Of a stretch of DNA of 64,000 bases, positions 9,334 to 18,717 are shown one piece after another; position 1 is the stretch's first letter; each line of letters opens with the position of its first letter. The DNA lies in assembly GCA_965217775.1 (NCBI GenBank), contig CBDCJH010000002.1, forward strand, positions 3,904,001 through 3,968,000. Reading direction: 5' to 3'. This DNA comes from Acidobacteriota bacterium. Its GTDB lineage: Bacteria > Acidobacteriota > UBA6911 > RPQK01 > JAJDTT01. Below the pieces are notes generated by a model. It saw nothing but the letters and a program-made list of their open reading frames with translations, was not told the origin of the DNA and did not search any database. The position numbers and the translations under genes are program-made.

Positions 9334-10206
9334 ATGGATACTGCTTTCACCAACAGTCGAGAAAACCTGGAGCGGGCGAACCGGGTCCCGGAAAGCCATT
9401 GGCACGGTCTGACCCGCGCCCAGCAGTTTCGTTCCCTCGAGTTGGAGGGTTTCGTCGTCATTCCGGATCTGCTTAGCGAGGAACTGATGGAGGAGATCCG
9501 GGAGGAAACCTCCAGGGTTCCCACCACGGCAGTCGATTACAGCCCCCATCAGCGGGGCTGTCCCGATCTCCAGTGGACCGACTCGCCCCGAGCCACGTCG
9601 GTGATCGCCCTGCCGGCCACGGTGGAGTTCGTGGAAGAGCTCTTCGGAGACGAGTTGATCTGCACCTCCTGCCAATATGCCGAGTCCAGGCCGGGCCACC
9701 CGGGAATCGCCATTCACACCGATTCCCAGCCCTACGGTTCCAAGATCTTCGGAGTCCAGGCCAGTTCCCCCTGCCTGGTCCGCGTCCTCTACTACCTTGA
9801 CGACCTGACCCCGGAATGCTCCCCCTTCAAGGTGATTCCGCGCTCCCACCTGTCGCTGCACCGCGACGCCAACCCCTACAACCGGTACCTTTCCCACCAC
9901 GATGAGTTGATGGTGACCTGCCGGGCCGGCTCGGCGGCGATCATCAACCAGAAGGTGTTTCACGCCAACTACCCCAACTACAGCGACCGGACTCGCCGCA
10001 TGCTGGCCATCGCCTACCGGCCCACCTGGGCCGGTCCCATAGACGATGTTCCGGAGCGCGATCCGGACAAGGTGGCCGGTCTCCCACCGGCCGTCCAGAA
10101 ATATTTCAGGAGCCTCAACACGAGGAACATCGATTTCGATCTGCCGAACCGCCCCGACAACATGGCGAGGCATGCCACGGGCATCTCGCCCGGCCGCTGG
10201 AGTTGA
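9334..10206 (+). CDS. PhyH family dioxygenase, copy 3
   Basis: 290 aa, HTD...H triad, colinear with copies 1 and 2. Confidence 0.85.
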   Translation: MDTAFTNSRENLERANRVPESHWHGLTRAQQFRSLELEGFVVIPDLLSEELMEEIREETSRVPTTAVDYSPHQRGCPDLQWTDSPRATSVIALPATVEFVEELFGDELICTSCQYAESRPGHPGIAIHTDSQPYGSKIFGVQASSPCLVRVLYYLDDLTPECSPFKVIPRSHLSLHRDANPYNRYLSHHDELMVTCRAGSAAIINQKVFHANYPNYSDRTRRMLAIAYRPTWAGPIDDVPERDPDKVAGLPPAVQKYFRSLNTRNIDFDLPNRPDNMARHATGISPGRWS

Positions 10207-10292
10207 TTCGGGATACCCAGAGGACGGGCCGCTGGCCTTCGCCATCCGGAGGGGAGCGGACCTTTCTCCAAAAAAGGAGAAGGACTCAGACC

Positions 10293-11051
10293 ATGAAGAA
10301 CGAAGGGAAGATCGCCATCGTCACGGGGGCCGGATCGGGAATCGGCCGGCACACCACCTGGGCTCTGCTGCGTTCCGGATTCAGTGTCGCTCTGGCGGGA
10401 AGGCGCCTGGAAGCCCTGGAAGAGACGGCCCGCCTGGCGGGACCGGACGGCTCCCGAACCCTGGCGGTCTCGACCGACGTGAGCGACCCCGAAGCGGTCT
10501 CGAACCTCTACTCCCGAACCCGGGAAACCTTCGGCCGGCTCGATCTCCTCTTCAACAACGCCGGAATCTCGGCTCCCGCGGTTCTGCTGGAGGATCTGAC
10601 CTACGAACAGTGGCAGTCGGTGGTCGGTGTCAACCTGACCGGCTCCTTCCTCTGCACCCGGGAAGCGTTCCGCATGATGAAGAGTCAGGACCCCATGGGG
10701 GGGCGAATCATCAACAACGGCTCGGTTTCGGCCCAGGTGCCCCGCGTCAATTCGGCACCTTATACTTCCACCAAGCACGCCATCACCGGCCTGACCCGAT
10801 CCACCTCTCTGGACGGCCGCAAGTACAACATCGCCTGCGGCCAGATCGACATCGGAAACGCGCTGACCGAAATGACCCGGAGAATGCAGACGGGAGTCCC
10901 GCAGGCCAACGGAACCGTCATGGTCGAGCCCAACATGGACGTGGACGACATCGCCGACGCGGTCGTCTACATGGCCAGCCTGCCGCTGGACGCCAACGTT
11001 CAGTTCATGACCGTGATGGCGACCAAGATGCCCCTCGTCGGCCGCGGTTGA
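10293..11051 (+). CDS. Short-chain dehydrogenase/reductase
   Basis: [13 protein letters not shown], catalytic YTSTK; ATG at 10293 follows an AAGGAGAAGGA RBS. Confidence 0.92.
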   Translation: MKNEGKIAIVTGAGSGIGRHTTWALLRSGFSVALAGRRLEALEETARLAGPDGSRTLAVSTDVSDPEAVSNLYSRTRETFGRLDLLFNNAGISAPAVLLEDLTYEQWQSVVGVNLTGSFLCTREAFRMMKSQDPMGGRIINNGSVSAQVPRVNSAPYTSTKHAITGLTRSTSLDGRKYNIACGQIDIGNALTEMTRRMQTGVPQANGTVMVEPNMDVDDIADAVVYMASLPLDANVQFMTVMATKMPLVGRG

Positions 11052-11082
11052 CGAGCCGGCATACCCGGGCCGGCCATCGCTG

Positions 11083-12231
11083 TCAGATTGCGGCGTCGAT
11101 CCCCCGGCGGGTTTCGGCGATCACCAGATCGACCACGGAGCGCAAGGCTTCCATCTTGGTGGCCCCGTCCAGACGGAAGAGGCGGTAGTGGTCGAGTTGC
11201 CGGTCGGCGCTGCTCCCTTGCCGGATGATGGAGGACACGCGCCCCAGCTCCTCCTGGCAGCCGAGTGCCCGGGCGTCGCCATCCAGTTCCTCCAGCAGCC
11301 CCAGGGCGTAGTCGTTGATGTCCGTGCGCCCGCCGCGGCGAGTGTCGCCGAGGAACGCGAAGGCTCCGTAGCGCTGCGCCAGCCAGCGATTCTCGGCGAT
11401 GATCTCGGTGCGGGGCTCCGGGGGCAGGGCGCCGGCTCGATCCTGCCGCAGCAGCCATCGGATGAGGGATGCGTAGAGCGCCGCGATGCAGACCGCATCG
11501 TCGATGAGCGGGCAGACGTCGCAGATGCGCATCTCCACCGTGGGATGGAGGTCGGCGGGCCGAATGTCCCACCACAGCTCGTTGCCGCCCTCGATGAACT
11601 GCATGCGCTTGTAGTCCGCCACGAGCCGGTCGTATTCCTCCCGGGAATGCAGCGGGGCGGGGAGGCTGGTGCGCGGGAGCACTCCGAAAAGACTCAGCCG
11701 ATACGACTTGAACCCGGTGAGGTGTCCCGCGTTGAACGGGGACGAGGTGGACAGGGCGTGGAGCAGAGGCAGGTACTGACGGAGGGCGGTCATGACGCGG
11801 ATCCTTTCATCCGGGTCGCCAAAGCCGGCGTGGATGTGCATGCCGCCGATGAGCAGCCGCCGTACGGCCTCCTGGAACGTGACCACGAACCGCTCGTACC
11901 GTTTCTTGGGCGTGGGCATCTGCGCGGTCCACGACGCGAAGGGATGGGTGGACGCTGCCAGCACCGCCGCACCGTGCTGCGCCGCCGCCTCGGTCACCAG
12001 CCGCCGGGTCTCCACCAACGCCTCACGGACTTCGGCCACGGAAGCGCAGACCCGGGTGTTGGTCTCGATCTGGGAGCGGAGAAACTCGGTCACCACCTTG
12101 TGCGGTCCTCGATTCTGCTCGCAGGCGTCGTAGATGCCCGGGTCGGGATCGGAAACCATGTCGCGGGTCTCGGGGTCGACGAGGAAGAACTCCTCTTCGA
12201 TGCCGAGTGTGATTTCGAGGTCCTTGCTCAT
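11083..12231 (-). CDS. Carboxylate-amine ligase (YbdK/GCS2 family)
   Basis: TLGIEEEFFLVD, QIETNT, GMHIHAG, STSSPF, WWDIRP, TVEMRICD, ENRWLAQRYG. Confidence 0.9.
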   Translation of the reverse strand: MSKDLEITLGIEEEFFLVDPETRDMVSDPDPGIYDACEQNRGPHKVVTEFLRSQIETNTRVCASVAEVREALVETRRLVTEAAAQHGAAVLAASTHPFASWTAQMPTPKKRYERFVVTFQEAVRRLLIGGMHIHAGFGDPDERIRVMTALRQYLPLLHALSTSSPFNAGHLTGFKSYRLSLFGVLPRTSLPAPLHSREEYDRLVADYKRMQFIEGGNELWWDIRPADLHPTVEMRICDVCPLIDDAVCIAALYASLIRWLLRQDRAGALPPEPRTEIIAENRWLAQRYGAFAFLGDTRRGGRTDINDYALGLLEELDGDARALGCQEELGRVSSIIRQGSSADRQLDHYRLFRLDGATKMEALRSVVDLVIAETRRGIDAAI

Positions 12232-12464
12232 GGCGTTCAATTCGGATCCATGCCGATCGACAGCGAGGGTGGGAACGTCGGGGTCGTCCAGTAGATTTCT
12301 ATTGGATTCAGCATATGTCTCACCGTCCTGGAACTGGAGCCGTTCCGGCAAGACGAATTACCGGCACGTCACGATGAAGGCCAATCCGTCGATCCGGCGA
12401 TTTCCAATCTGGAACGTCAATTGAGGTCAACGACCAACGGCATCTGCTCCGGTACGAAGAGAGA

Positions 12465-13232
12465 ATGGTAACACAGCACGTCCCTGGCCGATCCTCGCTG
12501 GGAGCAGGGTTTCGCCGACGTTCAACGGCGATTCCGAGCGTCTGGCTCTGCGCTCTGCTCGCGGCCGTGCTGGCCCTCAGCGCGTGCGGCGGCCGCAAGA
12601 AAATCAAGCTCCCGCCGCCCGTCGAAGCCAAGAGGGGGTGGTCCGAGGTCGGCATCGCCAGTTGGTACGGGTATCCCTACCACGGGCGTAAGACCAGCAA
12701 CGGTGAGACCTACGACATGAACAAGATGACGGCCGCCCATACGCGGCTGCCGTTCGGCACTTGGATCAACGTCGAGAATCTCCGGAACCGAAGGTCCACA
12801 CAGGTCCGGATCAATGATCGGGGGCCGTTTACCGCCCGGTACATCATCGATCTTTCCCGGGCCGCCGCTTCGGAAATCCAGATGATCGGGGCCGGCACGG
12901 TCCGGGTTCGTCTCACGGTGATCAACGGTCCCAATACAAAACGCAGAAGCTCGAAGCGCAGTACGCGCTCCGTAACCTCGCGGCCGGCGTCTCCCAGAGG
13001 CGGGTACGAAATTCAGATCGGTGTCTTCAAGAGCCAGGCGAATGCCAAGACGCTGGCCTGGGCGGCCAACCAGAAAGGCCACAGTGCCGAGATCAAACCA
13101 TTCCGGCGAGGCGGCCCGAGACTCTACCGCGTCGTGGTTGCGGGAGGAACCCGGGAGGCGGCGAACAAGCGCCTTCGGAAGCTCAAGAGCCAGGGTTTCA
13201 AGGGGTTCGTGAGACAACGTCGAGGCAATTAG
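12465..13232 (+). CDS. rlpA: Septal ring lytic transglycosylase RlpA family lipoprotein with SPOR domain
   Basis: Lipobox LSAC; GIASWYG..YHGRKTSNGE.YDM..MTAAH..LPFGT, VRINDRGP, IIDLS; C-terminal QIGVF SPOR-like region. Confidence 0.9.
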   Translation: MVTQHVPGRSSLGAGFRRRSTAIPSVWLCALLAAVLALSACGGRKKIKLPPPVEAKRGWSEVGIASWYGYPYHGRKTSNGETYDMNKMTAAHTRLPFGTWINVENLRNRRSTQVRINDRGPFTARYIIDLSRAAASEIQMIGAGTVRVRLTVINGPNTKRRSSKRSTRSVTSRPASPRGGYEIQIGVFKSQANAKTLAWAANQKGHSAEIKPFRRGGPRLYRVVVAGGTREAANKRLRKLKSQGFKGFVRQRRGN

Positions 13233-13254
13233 GGACAGCGTGCCGCTTACCGCC

Positions 13255-15384
13255 CTATGGTGCCTCGGGCAAGGCGAAGGTCACGTAGGTGTCTCCGGAC
13301 GGAGTGCCCATCTTGCCTCCACCGGCGGCGATGACGACGTACTGCCGGCCCCGGACCGAATACGTGGCGGGTGTGGCGTAGCCGCCCGAGGGCAGCCGGA
13401 CCTCCCAGAGAATCTCTCCGGTATCGGTGTCGAACGCGCGGAAACGCTCGTCCATGGTCGCGCCGATGAAGAGCAAGCCGCCGGCGGTGACGACAGGCCC
13501 GCCGTAGTTCGTGGTTCCAGTGGGTGGAATTCCGCGCTCGGTCAGCTCATCCAGGCGCCCCAGCGGCACCTGCCAGACGAGGGTCCCTGCATTGAGATCG
13601 AGAGCCGTCAACTGGCCCCATGGGGGCTTGATGGCCGGGTACCCGTCCGGGTCCAGGAAGTGATTGTATCCCGTGAACGTGTAGGGGATCCGGCCTTCGG
13701 TGACGGCCCATGGCGGCACGTTGTCGGCGTCGGCGCCGGCGAGAAAATCGACCACCGCGTCCAACTCCAGGTCCGAGAGTCGCGGCATGGGCGCCATCCG
13801 GCCCACTCCCCGCCGGATCAGATCCCGGGTTTCCTTGCGAGGATAGACCTGCTCCAAGGGGAGCGGAGGGTTGTTGTGGCGCGGACTGCCTTGCCGCCGG
13901 TCCCCGTGGCAGCCGGCGCAGTGGACCTGATAGACCCGGGCTCCGGGTGACGGCTCCGGAAGTTGCCGATCCTTCGTGGAGACCATGGTCAGGATCCACG
14001 GCATCTCGGTGGAATTGACGTACAACCTGCCGTTGGAAGCGTCGAAGGCCGCGCCGCCCCATTCGGCGCCACCGTTGAATCCGGGAAAGACGAGCGTCCC
14101 CTGAGTGCTAGGCGGTTCATACATGTTGCCCCGGCGGACCTGGCGAAAGCGTTCGAGCACGGCGGCGCGGGCGCGTGGAGAGAGGTCCGTGACGTCCGCT
14201 TCGGTGAAGGACTGACGGGAGAAGGGGGGCGGTTTGAGGGGAAACGGCTGCGTGGGCCATGCTTGTTCCCCGGCCAGGTCCGAGGGGGGCGCCGGCCTCT
14301 CCTCCACCGGAAACAGCGGTTCACCCGTATCCCGGTCCAAGACGAAAACGTCTCCCCACTTCGTGATCTGGGCGACGGCATCGATCCTCCTGCCCTCCCG
14401 GTTCAGTGTGACCAGATTGGGGGGCGCGGGCAGGTCCCGGTCCCACAGATCGTGGTGCACGGCCTGGAAATGCCACCGGAGCTCTCCAGTGCCGGCGGCG
14501 AGGGCCAGGACGCAATCGCCGTAAAGGTTCTTTCCCTTCCGGTCCCCGCCCCAGAAGTCGAAGGACGGGGATCCGGTGGCGGCGAAGACCATTCCGCGTT
14601 TTTCATCCACCGTCATCCCGGCCCAGGCGTTGGCTCCGCCGGCGTAGGTCCAGGCATCCGCCGGCCAGGTCTCGTGTCCCTTCTCACCCGGCCGCGGAAT
14701 GGTATGGAAGGTCCATCGGAGCTGTCCCGTCCGGACGTCGAAGGCTCGAATGTGTCCGGGCATGGCGGGTCCGGGCCCCTCTCCCACCCGGCTGCCCACG
14801 ATCAGGAGGTCCTGGTACAGGGCGGGCGGGGTAGTCAACACGACCCAGGCCTCTTCAAGGTCTTCGGCTCCCAAGCCGGCCCTCAGGTCGATTCGGCCGT
14901 TGTCCCCGAAGGACCGTGCCGGGAGCCCGGTTGCGGCGTCCAACGCGAAGAGCAGATGCCCGGCGGGATAGAAGATCCTCTGCTCGGAGCCGCCTTCCCA
15001 GTAGACAAGGCCCCGATTCACGCTCGTCGAGTTGAGTCCGGCCTCTTCGGCCGGATCGTAGACCCAGATCTCCCGGCCTGTCGCCGCATCCAGACAGAAG
15101 GCCTTCAGCTTTGGCGAGGTGCCGAACAGACGGCCCCCGACGACGAGGGGATTGCACTGGATCTGGCTGGAATCGGTCTTGTCCCCGGTGCCGTAGGTCC
15201 AGGCGACCTGGAGCCGATGGACATTCTGCCGGTTGATCTGGTTCAAGAAGGAATAATGGGAGGCTGCGGCGTCCCCCAGGTAAACCGGCCAGTCCGACGG
15301 GTCCGCCTCACTCGACGGCCGGCAACCGGCCTGAGTCGTCAGACAGACGAAGACCAGGATCGGGAGAGCAAGGAGTATTCTCAT
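13255..15384 (-). CDS. PQQ-dependent (glucose/quinate-type) dehydrogenase with cytochrome c domain
   Basis: PGHIRAFD, GGANAW, HHDLWDRD, GGAEWGG, CAGCH heme motif, KPPWG, GGPVVTAGG, GYATP. Confidence 0.88.
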   Translation of the reverse strand: MRILLALPILVFVCLTTQAGCRPSSEADPSDWPVYLGDAAASHYSFLNQINRQNVHRLQVAWTYGTGDKTDSSQIQCNPLVVGGRLFGTSPKLKAFCLDAATGREIWVYDPAEEAGLNSTSVNRGLVYWEGGSEQRIFYPAGHLLFALDAATGLPARSFGDNGRIDLRAGLGAEDLEEAWVVLTTPPALYQDLLIVGSRVGEGPGPAMPGHIRAFDVRTGQLRWTFHTIPRPGEKGHETWPADAWTYAGGANAWAGMTVDEKRGMVFAATGSPSFDFWGGDRKGKNLYGDCVLALAAGTGELRWHFQAVHHDLWDRDLPAPPNLVTLNREGRRIDAVAQITKWGDVFVLDRDTGEPLFPVEERPAPPSDLAGEQAWPTQPFPLKPPPFSRQSFTEADVTDLSPRARAAVLERFRQVRRGNMYEPPSTQGTLVFPGFNGGAEWGGAAFDASNGRLYVNSTEMPWILTMVSTKDRQLPEPSPGARVYQVHCAGCHGDRRQGSPRHNNPPLPLEQVYPRKETRDLIRRGVGRMAPMPRLSDLELDAVVDFLAGADADNVPPWAVTEGRIPYTFTGYNHFLDPDGYPAIKPPWGQLTALDLNAGTLVWQVPLGRLDELTERGIPPTGTTNYGGPVVTAGGLLFIGATMDERFRAFDTDTGEILWEVRLPSGGYATPATYSVRGRQYVVIAAGGGKMGTPSGDTYVTFALPEAP

Positions 15385-15535
15385 TTCGAACCGAAGACGG
15401 GGACCGTGCCGCTCGCGTCCAGTCTACTACCAACTGCGGGGACGAATCTCTTTCCAGTGGTCCGGCGGCGCACGAGGGGGTAGACGTTTCCGCCGGGCTC
15501 AGCTACAGGGCCAGGATCACCAATAGCAGACCCTA

Positions 15536-17173
15536 ATGAGAGAATTCCCGACTGATCTCATGAGGTTGCTTCATTTTGGGTGCCACGCTATCGCGACGGC
15601 TCTGCTACTGGTCCCGCTCCTGGGCTGCCCTCCGGCGGCTTCGTCTCCCGGCATGGAGCAACCCGCGGAGAAAGACACGGTTTCCGCCGGTGTCGAGATC
15701 GAAGAGCTGAGGCACAAAGCCCGGTGGCGCAAGCGGCGCCTCATCTTCAACAACGACGGAGACGATGCACTCTTCTTTCCGTCCGACCTTCCCGCCACGC
15801 CGAGGAACCTTCTGGAGCGACGGACCATCCCCGTCATCGGAACCCAGGTGGACACGATTTTCTATTGCACCACCCAGAGCATCGGTGCCTACACCCATCG
15901 CAGTGAGATCGCCGAACTCCTGGTGCGGGACCTGCCCAGAGAGGGATTTCGGAATCCGGTCGGGGAATTCGCCAAACAGGGTACGGACCCGTTGGAGATC
16001 GTAACGGAGCACTGTAGGAAAGAGGGGGTCGAGATCTTCGCCACCCTGCGCATGAACGATGTCCACGACAGTACCGACCGGTTTTCGGTCCTGGGTTCCA
16101 AGTTCAAGCGGAAAAACTCCCGTGCTCTTTTCGGGACCTCCCGAAAGCCGCCTCCCTACGGATACTGGTCGGGCGCCGATTTCAGTTGGAAGGTGATTCG
16201 GAACATGACTTTCCAGGTGTTGGAGGAGATGGCCTCCAACTACGACCTGGACGGCCTGGAACTCGACTTCTGGCGCCACCCTCCGTATTTCAAGACCTAT
16301 GCCTGGGGAGAACCGGTCACTCGCGAAGAAACGGAATCCATCACCCGGCTGATGCGCCGGGTCCGCAGGATGGCCGATGCCCGGGGCCGGGAGCGGGGAC
16401 GGCCACTGCTGATCGCGGTCCGGGTCATGGACTCGCCCGAGTTGAGTCAGGACATGGGGTTGGACCTGGTGACCTGGCTCCGGGAAGACCTGGTGGATCT
16501 GGTGATCGTCGGCGAGGTGGCGCTGGCGCCCTGGGAGGAGACCATCCGCCTGGCTCATCGTTACGGCGTGCCCGTCTATCCTTGCATCCGAAGGTCCATC
16601 ATCGGGGAAGAACGGGGATCACTGGAGTCGTTCCGGGCTCAGGCCCTGACGGCCTGGAAGCAGGGGGCCGACGGGATCTATCTCTTCAATCTCTTTCCCG
16701 ACGAGGACCATGACCGGAAGTATCGCGAGCTGGGAGACCCGAATGGCCTGGAGCGGCTGGACAAGCTCTACAGCCTGGACCCGGTGGGCCGGGAATCCTT
16801 CAAGCGGTACATCCACGACTTTGAGAAGTACAAGGCGCAAAAGCCGGTTTCTCCCCTCTCTCCGGTGGAGTTGGAACCGGACACGATCCATACCATCCCC
16901 ATGTACCTGGCCGACCGGTCCCTGAGTCAAGCCATCGTCGGCAAGCGTCCCCTGGTGCGGGCGCGCCTGCAACTGGAAAACCTGGATCCGGAGGTGGCCG
17001 TCCGGTTTTCGGTCAACGGTCATCGGTTGGAAACCAGCGAGCGCGTCCAGGACGAACTCCGCTACTCGATCTCGCCTACGCAACTGCACACGGGATACAA
17101 TCACTTCCGCATTTCCGTCCCGGCCGGCCCGGCGCCGCGCTTGAAGGACATCCTGGTAAACGTTCTCTACTGA
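15536..17173 (+). CDS. Secreted TIM-barrel glycoside hydrolase-like protein (GHL10/DUF187-like)
   Basis: Lipoprotein-like LLGC; IFNNDGDD, LRMNDVH, YDLDGLELDF, GADGIYLFN motifs. Confidence 0.6.
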   Translation: MREFPTDLMRLLHFGCHAIATALLLVPLLGCPPAASSPGMEQPAEKDTVSAGVEIEELRHKARWRKRRLIFNNDGDDALFFPSDLPATPRNLLERRTIPVIGTQVDTIFYCTTQSIGAYTHRSEIAELLVRDLPREGFRNPVGEFAKQGTDPLEIVTEHCRKEGVEIFATLRMNDVHDSTDRFSVLGSKFKRKNSRALFGTSRKPPPYGYWSGADFSWKVIRNMTFQVLEEMASNYDLDGLELDFWRHPPYFKTYAWGEPVTREETESITRLMRRVRRMADARGRERGRPLLIAVRVMDSPELSQDMGLDLVTWLREDLVDLVIVGEVALAPWEETIRLAHRYGVPVYPCIRRSIIGEERGSLESFRAQALTAWKQGADGIYLFNLFPDEDHDRKYRELGDPNGLERLDKLYSLDPVGRESFKRYIHDFEKYKAQKPVSPLSPVELEPDTIHTIPMYLADRSLSQAIVGKRPLVRARLQLENLDPEVAVRFSVNGHRLETSERVQDELRYSISPTQLHTGYNHFRISVPAGPAPRLKDILVNVLY

Positions 17174-17233
17174 TCGGCCGGCGACTTGCCGTTTCGGTCG
17201 ATAAGTTCAAATCCGGACCGAGAGGAGGTCGAC

Positions 17234-17791
17234 ATGGTTTCGATCGTTTCACTTTGGCTGCCGGTGTTGCTTTCAGCGGTGCTGGTCTTCATCGTCAGCT
17301 CCATCATTCACATGGTTCTCCGGTACCACAGAGCGGACGTGGGAGCAGTTCCCGACGAGGCCGAGGTGATGGACGCACTCCGGCCGTTCAAGATCCCGCC
17401 GGGCGACTACTGCATTCCGCACGCTGCGGACTCTAATGAAATGAACTCGCTGGAATTCGTCGAGAAGACCAAAAGGGGACCAGTTGCCCTCGTTACGGTG
17501 CTGGCCAACCGGCCCGTGACCATGGGCAAGAGTCTCGCCCTATGGTTCTGCTATTGCGTGCTCGTCGGTGTCTTCGCCGGCTATGCCGCCGGATTGACGC
17601 TCGGACCGGGCGCCGAATACATGGCCGTCTTCAAAATGGTCAGCGTGGTCGCATTCGCAGGTTACTCGCTGGCGATCCTGCAGAGCGCCATCTGGTGGCA
17701 CCGAGGGTGGGGCTCCACGCTGCGCACCATGTTCGACGGTCTGATCTACTCCCTCCTGACGGCCGGAACCTTCGGCTGGCTCTGGCCCTGA
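17234..17791 (+). CDS. Conserved multi-pass membrane protein
   Basis: AGGAGG RBS before ATG 17234; several hydrophobic segments; ends FGWLWP. Confidence 0.75.
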   Translation: MVSIVSLWLPVLLSAVLVFIVSSIIHMVLRYHRADVGAVPDEAEVMDALRPFKIPPGDYCIPHAADSNEMNSLEFVEKTKRGPVALVTVLANRPVTMGKSLALWFCYCVLVGVFAGYAAGLTLGPGAEYMAVFKMVSVVAFAGYSLAILQSAIWWHRGWGSTLRTMFDGLIYSLLTAGTFGWLWP

Positions 17792-17819
17792 CCGGCGGCG
17801 GCAGAGGAGGCATTCGGGA

Positions 17820-18398
17820 ATGCCCATCGACGACGGCCAAGAACGCCCCATGGAGAACAGCTACTGGATTCAGCCAAGCCGTTTTGCGGCGGGCGAGTAC
17901 CCTGGTCATTGGGACCCGGTCTGGGCGTCCGAAAAAGTTCGCAAACTGCTGGACGCGGGAATCGACCACTTCATCGACCTGACGGAGCCGGGCGAGCTGG
18001 AGCCGTATTCTGGAATCGTCGCGAAGGAGGCCCGTCGACGCGGCTCGGAAATCGGGTGGGAGCGGCATCCCATCGTCGACCTGAGCATTCCGTCCTCCCC
18101 CGAGAAGATGGTCAAGATCCTCGATGCCATCGACGCCGCTCTCAGCGATGGCAAGACTCCTTACATCCACTGCTGGGGCGGTGTGGGAAGAACCGGCACC
18201 ACCGTGGGCTGTTGGTTGGTCCGGCACGGGCACACCGGTGAAGAAGCCCTCCGCCGGATCGCCGAGTGGTGGAAGGGAATGGAAAAAATCTACTATCACC
18301 CCAGATCGCCGGAAACCCGGGAACAGAGAGAATACGTCCGGTCCTGGCCCGAACCGTCGGCTCGCTCCGTGACTGGCAACCTGGGGGAGGCCCAATAG
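17820..18398 (+). CDS. Dual-specificity/protein-tyrosine phosphatase family protein
   Basis: HCWGGVGRTG (CX5R) motif; AGEYP, FIDLT and PET.EQ motifs. Confidence 0.85.
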   Translation: MPIDDGQERPMENSYWIQPSRFAAGEYPGHWDPVWASEKVRKLLDAGIDHFIDLTEPGELEPYSGIVAKEARRRGSEIGWERHPIVDLSIPSSPEKMVKILDAIDAALSDGKTPYIHCWGGVGRTGTTVGCWLVRHGHTGEEALRRIAEWWKGMEKIYYHPRSPETREQREYVRSWPEPSARSVTGNLGEAQ

Positions 18399-18717
18399 TC
18401 GGCCCGGCCAGCATGCCACCGCGGCTCCGCGGCATTGTTGCGAAGTAGGCTCTAGAAAGACTGTAACTAATTGTCACTTCTTGCGTTACTATCATCATGG
18501 TCTGCCGGATCTCCCCATTTCATCCTGCCAATGTCCATTGACACTAGGACGCCGTGAATCACTTTGAACGAGCCGGGAACTTCAAGTCTGCGGCATGGCC
18601 CTTAGTCGATCCCTCGCCCTCGTCTCTCACCCGACGGTAGCTGGGCGCTCGGAGGTGATAACACGAGAACTAGAACGGTAGTGGGCCGGCCCTGGATCCT
18701 TGCCTACGTTGAGCCAG

